Notes under the pieces: generated by a model
What the model was told of the DNA's origin: nothing
What the model saw: the letters and a program-made list of their open reading frames with translations, nothing else
Databases searched by the model: none
Made by a program: the position numbers and the translations under genes
Assembly (NCBI RefSeq): GCF_000829235.1
Contig: NZ_AP012549.1
Coordinates: forward strand, 420,001 to 452,000
Reading direction: 5' to 3'
Length of the DNA: 32,000 nt
DNA from: a cyanobacterium endosymbiont of Epithemia turgida isolate EtSB Lake Yunoko
GTDB lineage: Bacteria; Cyanobacteriota; Cyanobacteriia; Cyanobacteriales; Microcystaceae
Shown here: piece after piece, positions 1 through 10,048 of the stretch
How the letters are laid out: every line of letters begins with the position of its first letter
How positions within the stretch are numbered: the first letter of the stretch is position 1

Positions 1-355
1 CTGAGCCTGTGACAGCTATCACCGGAATATCAACTTGATTACGCCACCAATGAGCAATTTGTTGATAAGCAACTAAAGTGTCTTTGACTTTAAACTGTGG
101 TATTTTCTTACTTAAATTTACTGGTAAATAGTGATCGACAATCAGAGCTACTGCTCCCTTTACTGTTGCATCTTCTGCAAATTCATGTCCATCAAAATGG
201 CTGCCTTTTAATGCCAAAAATAATTCTCCTTTTTCGATGGAGCGGCTATCTGTACTAATTCCTTTAGCCCTTTCATAAGGAGTAAAATCAAAAACTTGTT
301 CTAAATTACTTTCAAATAAATTAAGAAAGTTGCTGAGATAAATTTGGAATGACAT
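1..355 (-). CDS. murF: UDP-N-acetylmuramoyl-tripeptide--D-alanyl-D-alanine ligase (MurF), N-terminal 118 codons; gene runs off the left edge
   Basis: Not in the ORF track because it is edge-truncated. The reverse complement from ATG (355..353) reads MSFQIYLSNFLNLFESNLEQVFDFTPYERAKGISTDSRSIEKGELFLALKGSHFDGHEFAEDATVKGAVALIVD...KDTLVAYQQIAHWWRNQVDIPVIAVTGS. This is the characteristic MurF N-terminal domain (STDSR, LF.AL.G..FDGH.F, AYQ..A.WWR) up to the start of the nucleotide-binding VTGS motif. Confidence 0.85.
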   Translation of the reverse strand, partial: MSFQIYLSNFLNLFESNLEQVFDFTPYERAKGISTDSRSIEKGELFLALKGSHFDGHEFAEDATVKGAVALIVDHYLPVNLSKKIPQFKVKDTLVAYQQIAHWWRNQVDIPVIAVTGS

Positions 356-1493
356 AATGTTTCAATCAAACTCTTTTATTGAAAAATAAACTTGAATTTA
401 GTGATTTTATAATAACAAATATTACTTAACAAATATATCTAATTTTAGCTACAGTTATGATACTATGATAGTAGATTTTATAGATCTACTTGGTATCTAA
501 AGCATATTTAAGAAGCTTAATGTTACAATGTTGACTATCTAGCTTTGAATATTCTGAATCAATGCTAAAAATCATTCTAATGAACAGGTTATGTGCAAAT
601 TAATTCGTCCGGGTGCTTATTCGATTATTGTCTGAATTTTGAATGTGATATTTTAATCATCCGTTGACAGATAAAGCCTCAACTACACAATTGTATTCCT
701 AACCTAATTAGTCTGTTTAAAAATTTAGTGGAACTTTGTAGTGTTTTTTAGCATTACATCAATTAAATTCACTATTTGGTTAAAAAACTTAGTAAATCTA
801 ATGAATTTACTAAATTTCAGTGGTTAGTGAGAATAATTAATGTTAAAAGCACCAACAATTAATTCATAAGCAATCTTATCCATTGTTATTAATAATTTAT
901 ACAAATATTATTCATCTACAGACGATAGTAGAGGTCGATATAAACAAATCGTTGTAAGTATTAAGCACAACACAGAACTTTACTTATAAGGTTGGGATTG
1001 TTCAACTAATACCACTCTTCAGGCTTAAATTAATGACACTAGAATATTGTCAAATTTAAAATTCTACGTTTTCAATAGAGTTAAGTCCTGTTTTTAAACA
1101 CTTTGTGTAGACATAGTAGACGATAGTCATACTTATGAAAGTATGTCCCATAATTTTTCTAACTCCAATTGTTTCCGCCTAAACTATTAAATGGTTTCAA
1201 CAAGATTTTTATAAGTATTTAATTATTATTTAACAACCTTTAATATACAAAAAATTAATTAAAAAAACTATCCATAACGTCTTCTGAAATATTATACCTG
1301 AATACAATAATAAAAAATCCAATAAATTTTTAATGGTGCAGATATCGAATCAATTATTAAATTTTTTCACCGTTAAAAGTATTCAGTAGCCGGAACACTA
1401 TGTTTTCACTAAAAATATTACTTTTAGTAAAGTGAATTTAACTATCTTAAGCCAAATCAAGTTTTTTTCAAATGAAATCGACTGAGATCATGA

Positions 1494-1533
1494 CAAACTT
1501 CTCATTTTTATATCCAGAAGAATGAGAAGTTTG
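1494..1533. repeat. Inverted repeat/hairpin: 13-bp perfect stem (CAAACTTCTCATT / AATGAGAAGTTTG), 14-nt loop, imperfect outer extension
   Basis: Read directly: 1494-1506 is the exact reverse complement of 1521-1533. The flanking ATCATGA / CTATGAT adds 5 of 7 further pairs. It lies 64 bp upstream of the hydrolase ATG at 1597. Confidence 0.4.
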
Positions 1534-1596
1534 CTATGATTTGAAAGTTTCCTGTTTAAGAATATATAACTAACTATCAACTCTACACAGTCAATA

Positions 1597-2388
1597 ATGA
1601 GGTTACTTTGTCCAAAATACTCAACATCATCAGAAGTTCCTCTATTTATCTATTTGCCAGGAATGGATGGAACGGGGAAGTTATTACATCGACAAGTTAA
1701 AAAATTGACTCAATTTTTTAACGTTCGTTGTTTAGCAATTCCCCAAAATGATTGTAGCAACTGGAATACTTTAGTTTCTCAAACCATTTGTTTAATTGAA
1801 AAAGAACTCAAGCATCATCCTCAATTTTCTTCGGTTTATTTATGTGGAGAATCTTTTGGAGGATGTTTAGCGATCAAACTTGCTCTAAAGTCTCCTGAAT
1901 TAATTAAAAAAATGGTTTTAATCAATCCTGCTTCATCTTTTACACAACGTCCTTTATTAAGTTGGGGAAGTGAATTAATTCAATGGGTACCGGAGATTCT
2001 ACATCAAACTTCAACCCTAGGATTTTTACCATTTTTAGCAGCTTTAGGAAGAATGCAAACAAAGGATTATCATGTTTTATTAAAAGCGATGCAGTCAGTT
2101 CCTCCATTAGTAGTTAGTTATCGACTGAAGTTATTACGGGATTTCAACGTCGATGAAGCACAATTAAAACAGTTAACCCAACCTATTTTAACCGTCGCTA
2201 GTGATAGCGATTACTTATTACCGTCTGTCACCGAAGGAAAACGATTAGTCAACTGCTTACCTAATAGTCATTTAGTAATCCTAGCTAATAGTGGACATGC
2301 TTGTTTATTAGAAACTGAAGTTGATTTAACTAAACTGCTTCAAAACTATAATTTTTTACCCCTCAAAATCACAGCCAATGAACACTAA
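1597..2388 (+). CDS. alpha/beta-fold hydrolase (serine esterase/lipase type)
   Basis: 263-aa ORF with a nucleophile elbow G-E-S-F-G-G and a C-terminal NSGHACLLE (catalytic His context). The N-terminal PLFIYLPGMDGTGKLL motif resembles the hydrolase domain family found in cyanobacteria and in plant phytyl-ester-synthase-type proteins. Confidence 0.75.
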   Translation: MRLLCPKYSTSSEVPLFIYLPGMDGTGKLLHRQVKKLTQFFNVRCLAIPQNDCSNWNTLVSQTICLIEKELKHHPQFSSVYLCGESFGGCLAIKLALKSPELIKKMVLINPASSFTQRPLLSWGSELIQWVPEILHQTSTLGFLPFLAALGRMQTKDYHVLLKAMQSVPPLVVSYRLKLLRDFNVDEAQLKQLTQPILTVASDSDYLLPSVTEGKRLVNCLPNSHLVILANSGHACLLETEVDLTKLLQNYNFLPLKITANEH

Positions 2389-3121
2389 AACCGATAAGAC
2401 TTATTAATTTCTAGTCATTATTGAATATCTTAATACGAAGAAAATATTAGGGAAGATAGATATTCAAAAATGTAACAATAATTTTAGCACTTTTAGGTTT
2501 ATGAGATAGCTCTGTAAGGTACACAACTACTGCTAATATCACTATTAACTCTAAAACTATTACCGACAGTAACAGGATAATAAGGGGTGATATAAACCTA
2601 TATCTTTAGATTAAAATCTAGCTGTTTAGGAGCGAAAATTTTCTGTACCATACATTTTTTTAAAAGTATTTTTATTTTGATACGTGCGTATCAAGGTAGA
2701 CTAAATGTAGACTTTTTACAGCCCTATAGGAATATAGAAAAACTTATTATCCTTATATAAATTTTTATAAAAAAGGAAAAATAGCATGTAATGAAAATTC
2801 AATCAATACTCTAAAAAGTATTGATTAAACTATAAAGTTAAAATTTTAATTCAAAAAAAATTAATTTTTAAAAATATAAGTAAAATATCGGGATGGGAAA
2901 CTACCAATAAGCTCTATCCTGATTTTAGAAGCTAATATTAATTATTTAGGTATTTAAAATATCCAATAAAAATTATTGTTAAGATATATAATTTAGTAGT
3001 TATCAGCATTTTTGGATATTGGTTTTAGGTATAGAATCAAACAAGGCGGTTAGTCAAAAAGATTATAATAGTTATGTTTATAGCAAAAAATTGAATATTT
3101 TCTTAAAAAAATTATATTGAT

Positions 3122-3670
3122 TATCAATTTCAACGAAAGAAGACAATAAATAAATTAGAGAGTAGCAGCAATATTAGTAACATTAGTGTTGTTGACAGTG
3201 AGGGTAATGCTACTAGTGTCACTAACTCCAATGGGAAGGGATCATCTTACGTTATTTCTGAGATAAGAATTATGTTGAATAATCTGCTTTAGAAAGCAGA
3301 CTTAAATTTCTTGAGGTTTCACCTATGATCTTCCAATCACCATACTTTCTCAATCAAGTCTTACACAATTATTCTTAAACAAGAAAACCCTGAAAATATC
3401 TTAGAATTATGGATAAATTGTGTTTAAACTGCTATTTTATAAACAAGTTTCAATTTACTCTATTTTGGGTATTTCTTGGATAAAGCCATAACCTATCCAC
3501 TGTTTAAACAGAGAACTTAGAAGAATTAGTCCTAACCAAAGGCGACACAAATTATTTAATCAACATAAACAAATATGTTTTTTAGGAAGGTTCGTGTGTT
3601 TCAATACATTGATTGTGACAGAACAACTGCCATTGGCAATCCTCAATGGTTCGGACTTATGTGTGATTGA
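3122..3670 (+). pseudogene. ggt: gamma-glutamyltranspeptidase (GGT) relic, small-subunit region
   Basis: A single frame (phase of 3182) reads ...ESSSNISNISVVDSEGNATSVTNSNGKGSSYVISEIRIMLNNLL*KADLNFLRFHL*SSNHHTFSIKSYTIILKQENPENILELWINCV*TAIL*TSFNLLYFGYFLDKAITYPLFKQ...VFQYIDCDRTTAIGNPQWFGLMCD*. This is colinear with GGT motifs TTH.SVVD..GNAVS.T.S.N..FGSG....G.G..LNNEMDDF...KRPLSSMSPTI.L...G......GSPGG..I......V.LN...FGM..Q.A...PR.HHQ...D.R..G. In-frame stops are at 3290, 3326, 3425, 3440 and beyond. The catalytic Thr of the TTH motif is not preserved (NIS). The ~1.1 kb large-subunit region cannot fit between 2388 and 3122, so it is largely deleted. Confidence 0.7.
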
Positions 3671-3922
3671 ACTAATTGCTTATTGAACCAATAATAAATT
3701 GTAATACTCAACTTGGGTTGAAAACTCCTACCAACATTTTTGCTAGACTACTCTGGAACAGTAATAGGATATTTTCTTTGTCCTCGGACGATTTTCTCTT
3801 TTATTGAAAATAATGTAACTTATATAGCTGAAGAGTCAAGAGCAAAAAAACATCATGATTCCCTCAGTGTAATTTAGCTGACGAGGTCATCATCGGTTCT
3901 ACTCAAATTTTCAATAAATACT

Positions 3923-5611
3923 ATGTTTGTTTTACGTTTGTGTGTGAGTATGAGTGCAGGTATTTTTCTGTCCTTAGTCTGGAAAGTATCGGTGGCGACA
4001 CAAGTACCGTCATCTTCTGTCAAAACTCAAGATGGAACTTCGGAAACTTCTCAGAAAACTTATTTGTTATCCCCCAATGAGCGAGTGCAAGCGAAGAAGT
4101 CGAACCCTAATCTGGCGGACACCCAACAGATAAAACAATCTATTTCAAAACAAACACCATCAACTATCAAGAAATTTCCTACTCAGGTTACTGTTGAGTC
4201 AATAGACTCGTTAAATGTAACCAACACTGTTGATCGCTCTTCAGGCATCTCAAAAAACTTGCTATCAAACAAACTTAATCCCGGTGGCAACCCTTTATTG
4301 TTTCCCACTAAACCCTCAGAAGTGGAGACCGCCATCAGTCAACCGATTACCTTAGAACAAGCCATTTCCTTGGCATTGCATAATAATAGAGAACTCCAAG
4401 CCTCTCGTATCAAACTAGAAGAGCGTCAGGCTCGTTTAAAGGTCGAACAAGCCGACTTGTTTCCTACAATAGACATTGGAGCTAGTGCCGTACGGTTTAG
4501 AAATGATCGGGTATTTGGTGGTGGTACAAATCAACTTGGAAATTTAATTCCTGAAGAAACCAGTGCTGAAACTTTTACGGATCTTCGGGGTTTAGCAACC
4601 CTTAATTACATTATTTACAGTGGGGGTGAACGGTCAGCCCAAATTACACGGGCTCAACGAGAAGTCCGAAACCAAGAGCTAGAAGTAGAGCGAATTTCTG
4701 AACAAACCCGTTTTGAATCTACTGATCGTTATTATCGCTTACAAAACGCCGATGCTCAGGTTGCCATTGCCCAAGCGGCGGTAGAAGATGCCAATCAAAG
4801 TTTACGGGATGCTCGATTGTTAGAACAAGCCGGGTTGGGAACACGATTTGATGTTTTGCGAGCTGAGGGTGACTTAGCTACGGCTAATCAAGGGTTAACC
4901 CGTGCAATTGCAGAACAGCGAACTGCAAGACGTAGTTTGTCCGAATTTCTGAGTGTCGGACAACACATTCAATTAACAGCAGTAGATGAGATCTCCGAAG
5001 CAGGGACTTGGGCAATGACCCTTGATGAAACCATTGTCCGTGCCTATAAAAATCGCGCTGAGTTAGAACAACAATTAGTACAACGAGAAATTGGTCAACA
5101 AGACCGTGACATTGCTCTGTCAGAAATTAGACCCCAGGTTAGTTTTCTGGCGGAATACGATGCACGGGAAAACTTAGACGATGGCGTTCCTGTTCTTATG
5201 GACTGGACATTCGAAGCACGGGTTCGCTGGCGGATTTTTGATGGGGGGAGAGCCTTTGCGGGAGCCAGACAAGCTGAACGGAATATAGACTTAGCCAATA
5301 CTAACTTTGCTAAACAACGTAATGCCATTCGTTTTGAGGTAGAAGAAGCTTATTATAACCTTATTGCAAATCGGGAAAACATCACCAGTACCCGCAAGAA
5401 CGTTGAAATTTTTACAGAGGCTCTCAGACTGGCTCGATTACGATTTCAGGCAGGAGTTGGAACTCAAACTGATGTCATTGATGCTCAACGAGATCTCACC
5501 GATGCACGGGGGCGTTTTCTACAGGCAGTTATTGGCTACAATCAATCTCTCAATGCTTTACAACGCTCAGTTAGTAATTTACCTGATAATGGACTGTTTG
5601 AGGCACGTTGA
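3923..5611 (+). CDS. tolC: TolC-family outer-membrane efflux protein (cyanobacterial HgdD/Slr1270-like)
   Basis: 562-aa ORF with a hydrophobic N-terminal signal-like segment and a ~130-aa S/T/Q/K-rich linker. Two outer-membrane-efflux repeats follow (LTLEQAISLALHNNRELQ..., FDVLRAEGDLATA..., TQTDVIDAQRDLTDAR...), typical of TolC/OEP family proteins. Confidence 0.85.
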   Translation: MFVLRLCVSMSAGIFLSLVWKVSVATQVPSSSVKTQDGTSETSQKTYLLSPNERVQAKKSNPNLADTQQIKQSISKQTPSTIKKFPTQVTVESIDSLNVTNTVDRSSGISKNLLSNKLNPGGNPLLFPTKPSEVETAISQPITLEQAISLALHNNRELQASRIKLEERQARLKVEQADLFPTIDIGASAVRFRNDRVFGGGTNQLGNLIPEETSAETFTDLRGLATLNYIIYSGGERSAQITRAQREVRNQELEVERISEQTRFESTDRYYRLQNADAQVAIAQAAVEDANQSLRDARLLEQAGLGTRFDVLRAEGDLATANQGLTRAIAEQRTARRSLSEFLSVGQHIQLTAVDEISEAGTWAMTLDETIVRAYKNRAELEQQLVQREIGQQDRDIALSEIRPQVSFLAEYDARENLDDGVPVLMDWTFEARVRWRIFDGGRAFAGARQAERNIDLANTNFAKQRNAIRFEVEEAYYNLIANRENITSTRKNVEIFTEALRLARLRFQAGVGTQTDVIDAQRDLTDARGRFLQAVIGYNQSLNALQRSVSNLPDNGLFEAR

Positions 5612-5789
5612 TCCTAGGCAATTGTCTGTCTTCTGTCACTTTAAACATTGTAGGAGCAATTTATGTGTCTTTACGTATAAGTTAGTATCTTTCACAGAAA
5701 AATTAATTTTTAAAATTGTGAATCATCTTGTTGTTCTAACTGATCAACTCTTTTCTCATTTTGTCTATATGTATTGAACAGACACTTTT

Positions 5790-7039
5790 CTTTGATCTTA
5801 TAGGAGTTTCCCTAATTACTCTCTGAGTATTGGTCATGGTAATTTTTTGTACTATACAAATGGTATTTATTAATATTTGGGGGTTTAAACACGCTGTTGA
5901 TATTGCCCTAGTCCAATATGATTACCTCCAAGATAACTCAAAGGAAAAATTAACTTTCTTTCCAGTTTTGGCGACTGCTTTATCTGCCAGTGTAGGATTA
6001 TGGAATATGGCTGGGGTAGCCCTTGCAATTAAACTCGGAGGTCCAAGGGCAATATTTTGAATGACCATAACAGTAATTTAATGTCAACTAAATTTATCGA
6101 ATGTGCTTTAAGGCTGAAATATCGCATTGTTCATTCTGATGGAATAGTAGTTTGTGGAGCGATGTACTATTTGTGTGACGGGTTAAATACATTAGGTTAA
6201 GCTCAATTGAGATAAGGTTTTAGCAATCATTTATCGAGTTGCTGGAATTGATTCAGCCATAGGTGCAGGAAATATGTTCCAGTCTAATCAATCGTTTGCT
6301 GTATTAGTCATCATCATTCCACAGTTAAAACCATATAATTAGGCTTATGCTTTAAGTTTAGCGCTGTTGGTAGGATTAGTAGAGGTATTGGCAGTATTAA
6401 CCATATTAGCATCGTCACTAGTAAGTTAGTCCCAATAATGGTTGTAGTTTACATTTTTAGCTATTTGTGGATGTTAAAAGTAAATTTTACGGTAATTCCC
6501 AGGGTATTTTTTATGGTTCAAGGAGTCCGGCACAGTGCCTTTTCTAATGGAGTTGAATTGGAACAGCGGCGATTGCTCATTCAGTGGACAAGACTTAAGA
6601 ACCTATTCGATAGGGAATGATTTCCATCTTAGAACCGTTTGTTGACAGGGTGATTATCTGTAATTTAATGGCATTGATAATCATAACGATAGGAATCTAT
6701 AGCGACGTAGTGGGAGTAACTATTAGTAGTTGAGCTCTAGCAGCGCTAGCTTTTGGTTTAGTTATTAATTGGGTTCCTTTTGTTTTAGCTGAGGTGATGG
6801 GTCTGTTTGCCTTTTCAGGGATAATCACTTGGTGTTATTACGTCCAAAGATGTTTGGCTTATGTTTTCGGAGAATCTAGTCGTCATACCTTTAAAATTAT
6901 GTTTCTAATTTTCATCTTTCTGGGATCTATTATTAATTTAGGAGACGTAGCAAACTTTAGTGAAACAATGTTATTAACCTTAGCTATTGCTAATGTTCTA
7001 GATTGTATTTTATTTTCAATAAAAATAGCTGATAATTGA
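5790..7039 (+). pseudogene. alanine/glycine:cation symporter (AGCS family) pseudogene, fragmented over three frames
   Basis: ORF 5830-6060 ends ...FFPVLATALSASVGLWNMAGVALAIKLGGPRAIF*, matching the AGCS signature ALA..VGTGNIAGVA.AI..GGPGAIFWMW. ORF 6438-6620 contains GVRHSAFSNGVELEQRR (cf. RG.FSNEAG.GSAP). 6621-6700 reads ISILEPFVDRVIICNLMALIIITIGIY (cf. FIDT...CT.TA). ORF 6794-7039 matches the C-terminal FAFS.I.GW.YYG..C..Y.FG...YR..F block. The three ORFs are in three different phases with stops between them. The 5' boundary is approximate. Confidence 0.8.
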
Positions 7040-7133
7040 CAAAAATATTGGCAAAAGTTGAAGTTTAAAGAAATAAAAGACAAATAATACCTGCAAAGGG
7101 AAGATATCCACGCTATTTTAGTCGCGCGTCTAG

Positions 7134-7690
7134 TCAAAATATTTTAATCGCTTGATTGAAAGATTCTGGTGCTATCCAAAAGGCCCAATGATTTCCCCGG
7201 ACTTCTTTAACATGTAAGTTATTTAAATAAGTTTTATAAGGCTTAATTTGCTATCAAGTTATATTAAGTCCTTGTTTGGGTTTAATAAATAGTGTAGTAA
7301 TCTCAATAAACTCAGTCAATCCTGTGCATCTTATCATATCTTTAAAAAGATAGAGGCATATCACATTTAATTCCCCATTTTTCCTTGTTTTTTCAATTCC
7401 TGATTAGAAAACTTTTTGTTGCGAGGGAGTCTATCCTTAAATATAATCTGCAAATTTATAACCAGTTTAAGGTTTACTGCTATCACCATGACTGCCTAAA
7501 TTAGGTGCAAAAACTATGATGATCCCTCGATAAATAATCTTCTAAACTTGACTAAATTAAGCTATTATCAGCCAAACGATACAACAGTATAATTATTTTT
7601 TTCCTAGATTCCATTCTGAATAAAATATATGAATACCTGATAAGTTAACAATGTTATGAACAAATATTTTTTACCATAAACAAAGTTATT
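7134..7690 (-). pseudogene. alpha/beta hydrolase (epoxide-hydrolase/haloalkane-dehalogenase-like) relic
   Basis: The minus-strand reading gives three pieces. 7643-7596 reads LSGIHIFYSEWNLGKK (cf. G...HY.E.G.G). ~7568-7506 reads IIYRGIIIVFAPNLGSHGDSSKP (cf. YRVIAPDLRGHG.S.KP). 7229-7134 reads YLNNLHVKEVRGNHWAFWIAPESFNQAIKIF* (cf. ....I..AGH....E.PE.FN.AI..FL). Stops and frame breaks separate the pieces. It lies directly downstream of the IMPase gene on the same strand. The 5' boundary is approximate. Confidence 0.65.
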
Positions 7691-7700
7691 AGATCATAAT

Positions 7701-8516
7701 TTAGGATAAAATACACTGTACGAAGGGCTTAAAAAAGGGCACTAATTCAGGTTGACTAGCCACTAAACAAGGAAAAGATTTTTTTCCATAATCATCACCA
7801 ATCTTAAGCGGAAAAATAGGGTCATCATTTAAAGAGACAAAAACTCCACCTGCACCTCTAAGAATAACCCAAACCGCTGCAATATCCCAAATTTTAGGGG
7901 TGACTTCTACCCCCCCTAATGCTGCTCCACAAGCCACTAATGAAATGTTATAACTAGCGACTCCAATCATACGAATTTTACACGGAAAAGGTTCTCTAAG
8001 AATTTTAGTACTACGAGTGCATAAATTAAAAAGATGACTTTGGCTAGGCTGGTCATAACTAGTGTGAATTTTTACTCCATTTGAATAAGACCCTTTAGGT
8101 CCAGTTATTCCGGTTTCCCCATACCAGTATCCATGAAAAGATTGCTGAAGTTGGGGAAAATAAACAAAGCCAAAAACAGGGGTTCCTCTATATAACAATC
8201 CCAGAGAAATCCCCCAAATTGGGATACCTCGCGTGAAATTAGTGGTTCCATCAATCGGGTCAATGATCCAACACCAGTCTGTTTCAGGGAAGATATGAGT
8301 GGTTTCCTCAGTAAGAACTCCATGTTCAGGAAATTTGGTAGCGATCTCTGTGCGAATAGTTTGATCAGTCCAATGATCAGCTTGGGTAACTAAAGAACCA
8401 TCATCCTTCTGTGTAGGGGATATTTTACCTACATCAGCCACTAAATGATGTCCGATTTTTTGGGTTGTCGTCCGACAAAACGTTAAAACCTGGTGCCAAA
8501 ATTGTTCCATGTTCAA
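7701..8516 (-). CDS. inositol monophosphatase family protein
   Basis: 271-aa ORF with the family motifs VLTEE, WIIDPIDGTTNF and KIWDIAA. Confidence 0.85.
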   Translation of the reverse strand: MNMEQFWHQVLTFCRTTTQKIGHHLVADVGKISPTQKDDGSLVTQADHWTDQTIRTEIATKFPEHGVLTEETTHIFPETDWCWIIDPIDGTTNFTRGIPIWGISLGLLYRGTPVFGFVYFPQLQQSFHGYWYGETGITGPKGSYSNGVKIHTSYDQPSQSHLFNLCTRSTKILREPFPCKIRMIGVASYNISLVACGAALGGVEVTPKIWDIAAVWVILRGAGGVFVSLNDDPIFPLKIGDDYGKKSFPCLVASQPELVPFFKPFVQCILS

Positions 8517-8831
8517 TTGTAAAAATAAGAAGGTAGCAATAGGATATCATCCTTAGAAGATATAGGAATATAATTTGATAAAGCAAGTTTTTTGATTCCA
8601 GGTTCCCCAAGATAAAAGCTAGAAAGATTTCATGAGTTGCCCTCGGATAGAATTTTAACAAAAGTGTTATGCTAGTGGGCAATCACATCTTTTTGGATAT
8701 TTTTTCTACAATAAGGCAAAAAATTTAAATTCATTTGAACCCCAAATTATCAATATTTTACTTTTGAGACCGATACTGCCCATAAAATTTTTGTCGTAGA
8801 TGAAACTTTAAAATATTAATGAGATAAGAAA

Positions 8832-9029
8832 ATGTTATCAACTTCAACTAACAAAGCTGCTATGATCCGTAACTATATTCTTCTTTCTCTAGTCGTTATG
8901 ATTTTGGGAGTGGGATTAACGGATATTTTTAAAAATCCTGGTCGAGTTGGACAGAAGGATCGTATTGATAATTATGTCCGCTACATCAATGCCGGTTTTG
9001 TTGCTCAAACGCAAAAATCAGGACGTTAA
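8832..9029 (+). CDS. hypothetical small membrane protein; possibly the truncated N-terminus of a type IV pilin-like gene
   Basis: 65-aa ORF. IRNYILLSLVVMILGVGLTDIFKNPGRVGQKDRIDNYVRYINAGFVAQTQKSGR loosely parallels the pilin N-terminal helix (GFTLIELLVV.IIIGILAAIALP.FLN...KA.QSEAK.Y.GS.NRAQQAY..E.G.F). The G/F cleavage site and Glu5 are not preserved. After the TAA at 9027 the same frame stays open for 52 more codons, to 9188. Assignment is weak. Confidence 0.35.
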   Translation: MLSTSTNKAAMIRNYILLSLVVMILGVGLTDIFKNPGRVGQKDRIDNYVRYINAGFVAQTQKSGR

Positions 9030-9731
9030 CACTCCGTCGTTAAGCTCGTGTTGGCAATATTTTGGCTCAAGATGTCTAGACAAACAATATCTCTAGGTTC
9101 TTCCACTGATCTTTTTCTTGCTAGCGTAAGAACCACGACTAAAACATTTTTATATGAAATTACCTTTCGCTCTCCAGCTTATATGTAAGTACGACTTACT
9201 AAACTCTATGGATGAAACCATACTTTAATATAAGTAAATAATCCTTATACTCCTATTATTTGAGGAATAGCGCAGTATTATTTTATCCCCTTGTTAGCTT
9301 CTTTTTAATTAAAAAATAAATTAATTATCGTACCTATTTTTATTACTTTCATCTATATTTTTTTATAAATTCAACCATTGTTTTTTATAGGCTTAAATGA
9401 ATATTATCTATTAATAAATCATTAAATCCTTTTTTGAAAGCTCTTGAAATCATTCTTAGTGAAGATATTTTTTAAAACCTTATCTAAAAATTTATATAAG
9501 ATTGTATTTTTTGATTAATTCACCTAACTTACAATATCTTTGATTTGCTATACTCTTCTATTTTATAGATAATATTTATGCTCTTTTCTATCATGGAGTT
9601 TATCTTTTGGCTACGAGTAAACTTTGATAACATTTATCTTTCTAATTATGTTAGCTAAATTTTTAAAAAAACACTATATTTTAATTAATCACTAAATTAA
9701 TCACTTTATTTATGAACTTGATATTTTAATC

Positions 9732-9822
9732 AACAGTTTTCAATATACTTAAAATTAGGATAATAAGGAGAAAAAAATACTACTTATGCTCCGATAGACT
9801 TCATCAGTGAGAAAATCTTTTT
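9732..9822 (+). repeat. Dispersed direct repeat, copy A (pairs with 15365-15455)
   Basis: Ungapped alignment with copy B gives 67/90 identical positions, starting with a shared 13-mer AACAGTTTTCAAT. Further shared blocks are AAAAATAC, TGCTC, ATAGA, CATCAGT and AATCTTTT. Weaker similarity continues ~30 nt downstream (TAGTAAA). Confidence 0.7.
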
Positions 9823-10048
9823 TGTTTACATATTTTTAAATAGTAAAATAGAAAAACCTAATGTAGCGAGCGTTACGATTAACGCAATATTTTTACTTGA
9901 TTATTAGAATGTGTTCCCTAAGCTCGTTTCTCTTTAGTTGCTCCGGCATAGCGACAAGTCATAGCTAGCTTAACTTCAGTTTCATTCATCAAAATTAAGT
10001 ACGCAAGTTTAAGTTATCTAAGTAACATAGAACACTCCCATCTCAGGG

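Noticed and set aside
2677-2694. 18-bp palindrome TTGATACG-TG-CGTATCAA as a candidate operator
   Set aside because: It is short and isolated in a gene-free spacer 1.2 kb from the nearest start codon. Palindromes with 8-bp arms are not unexpected in this much AT-rich sequence.
5364-5777. 137-aa + strand ORF overlapping the 3' end of tolC
   Set aside because: It lies out of frame inside the well-supported TolC CDS and then runs into AT-rich spacer. The translation is low-complexity and unrecognisable.
6883-7137. 84-aa minus-strand ORF between the AGCS relic and the hydrolase relic
   Set aside because: It is antisense to the AGCS C-terminal fragment and merely abuts the stop of the dead hydrolase. 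The sequence is low-complexity with no motif.
8105-8682. Minus-strand ORFs 8105-8323 and 8434-8682 overlapping the IMPase gene and its upstream region
   Set aside because: They are alternative frames of, or read-through into, a well-supported CDS, with no independent evidence.
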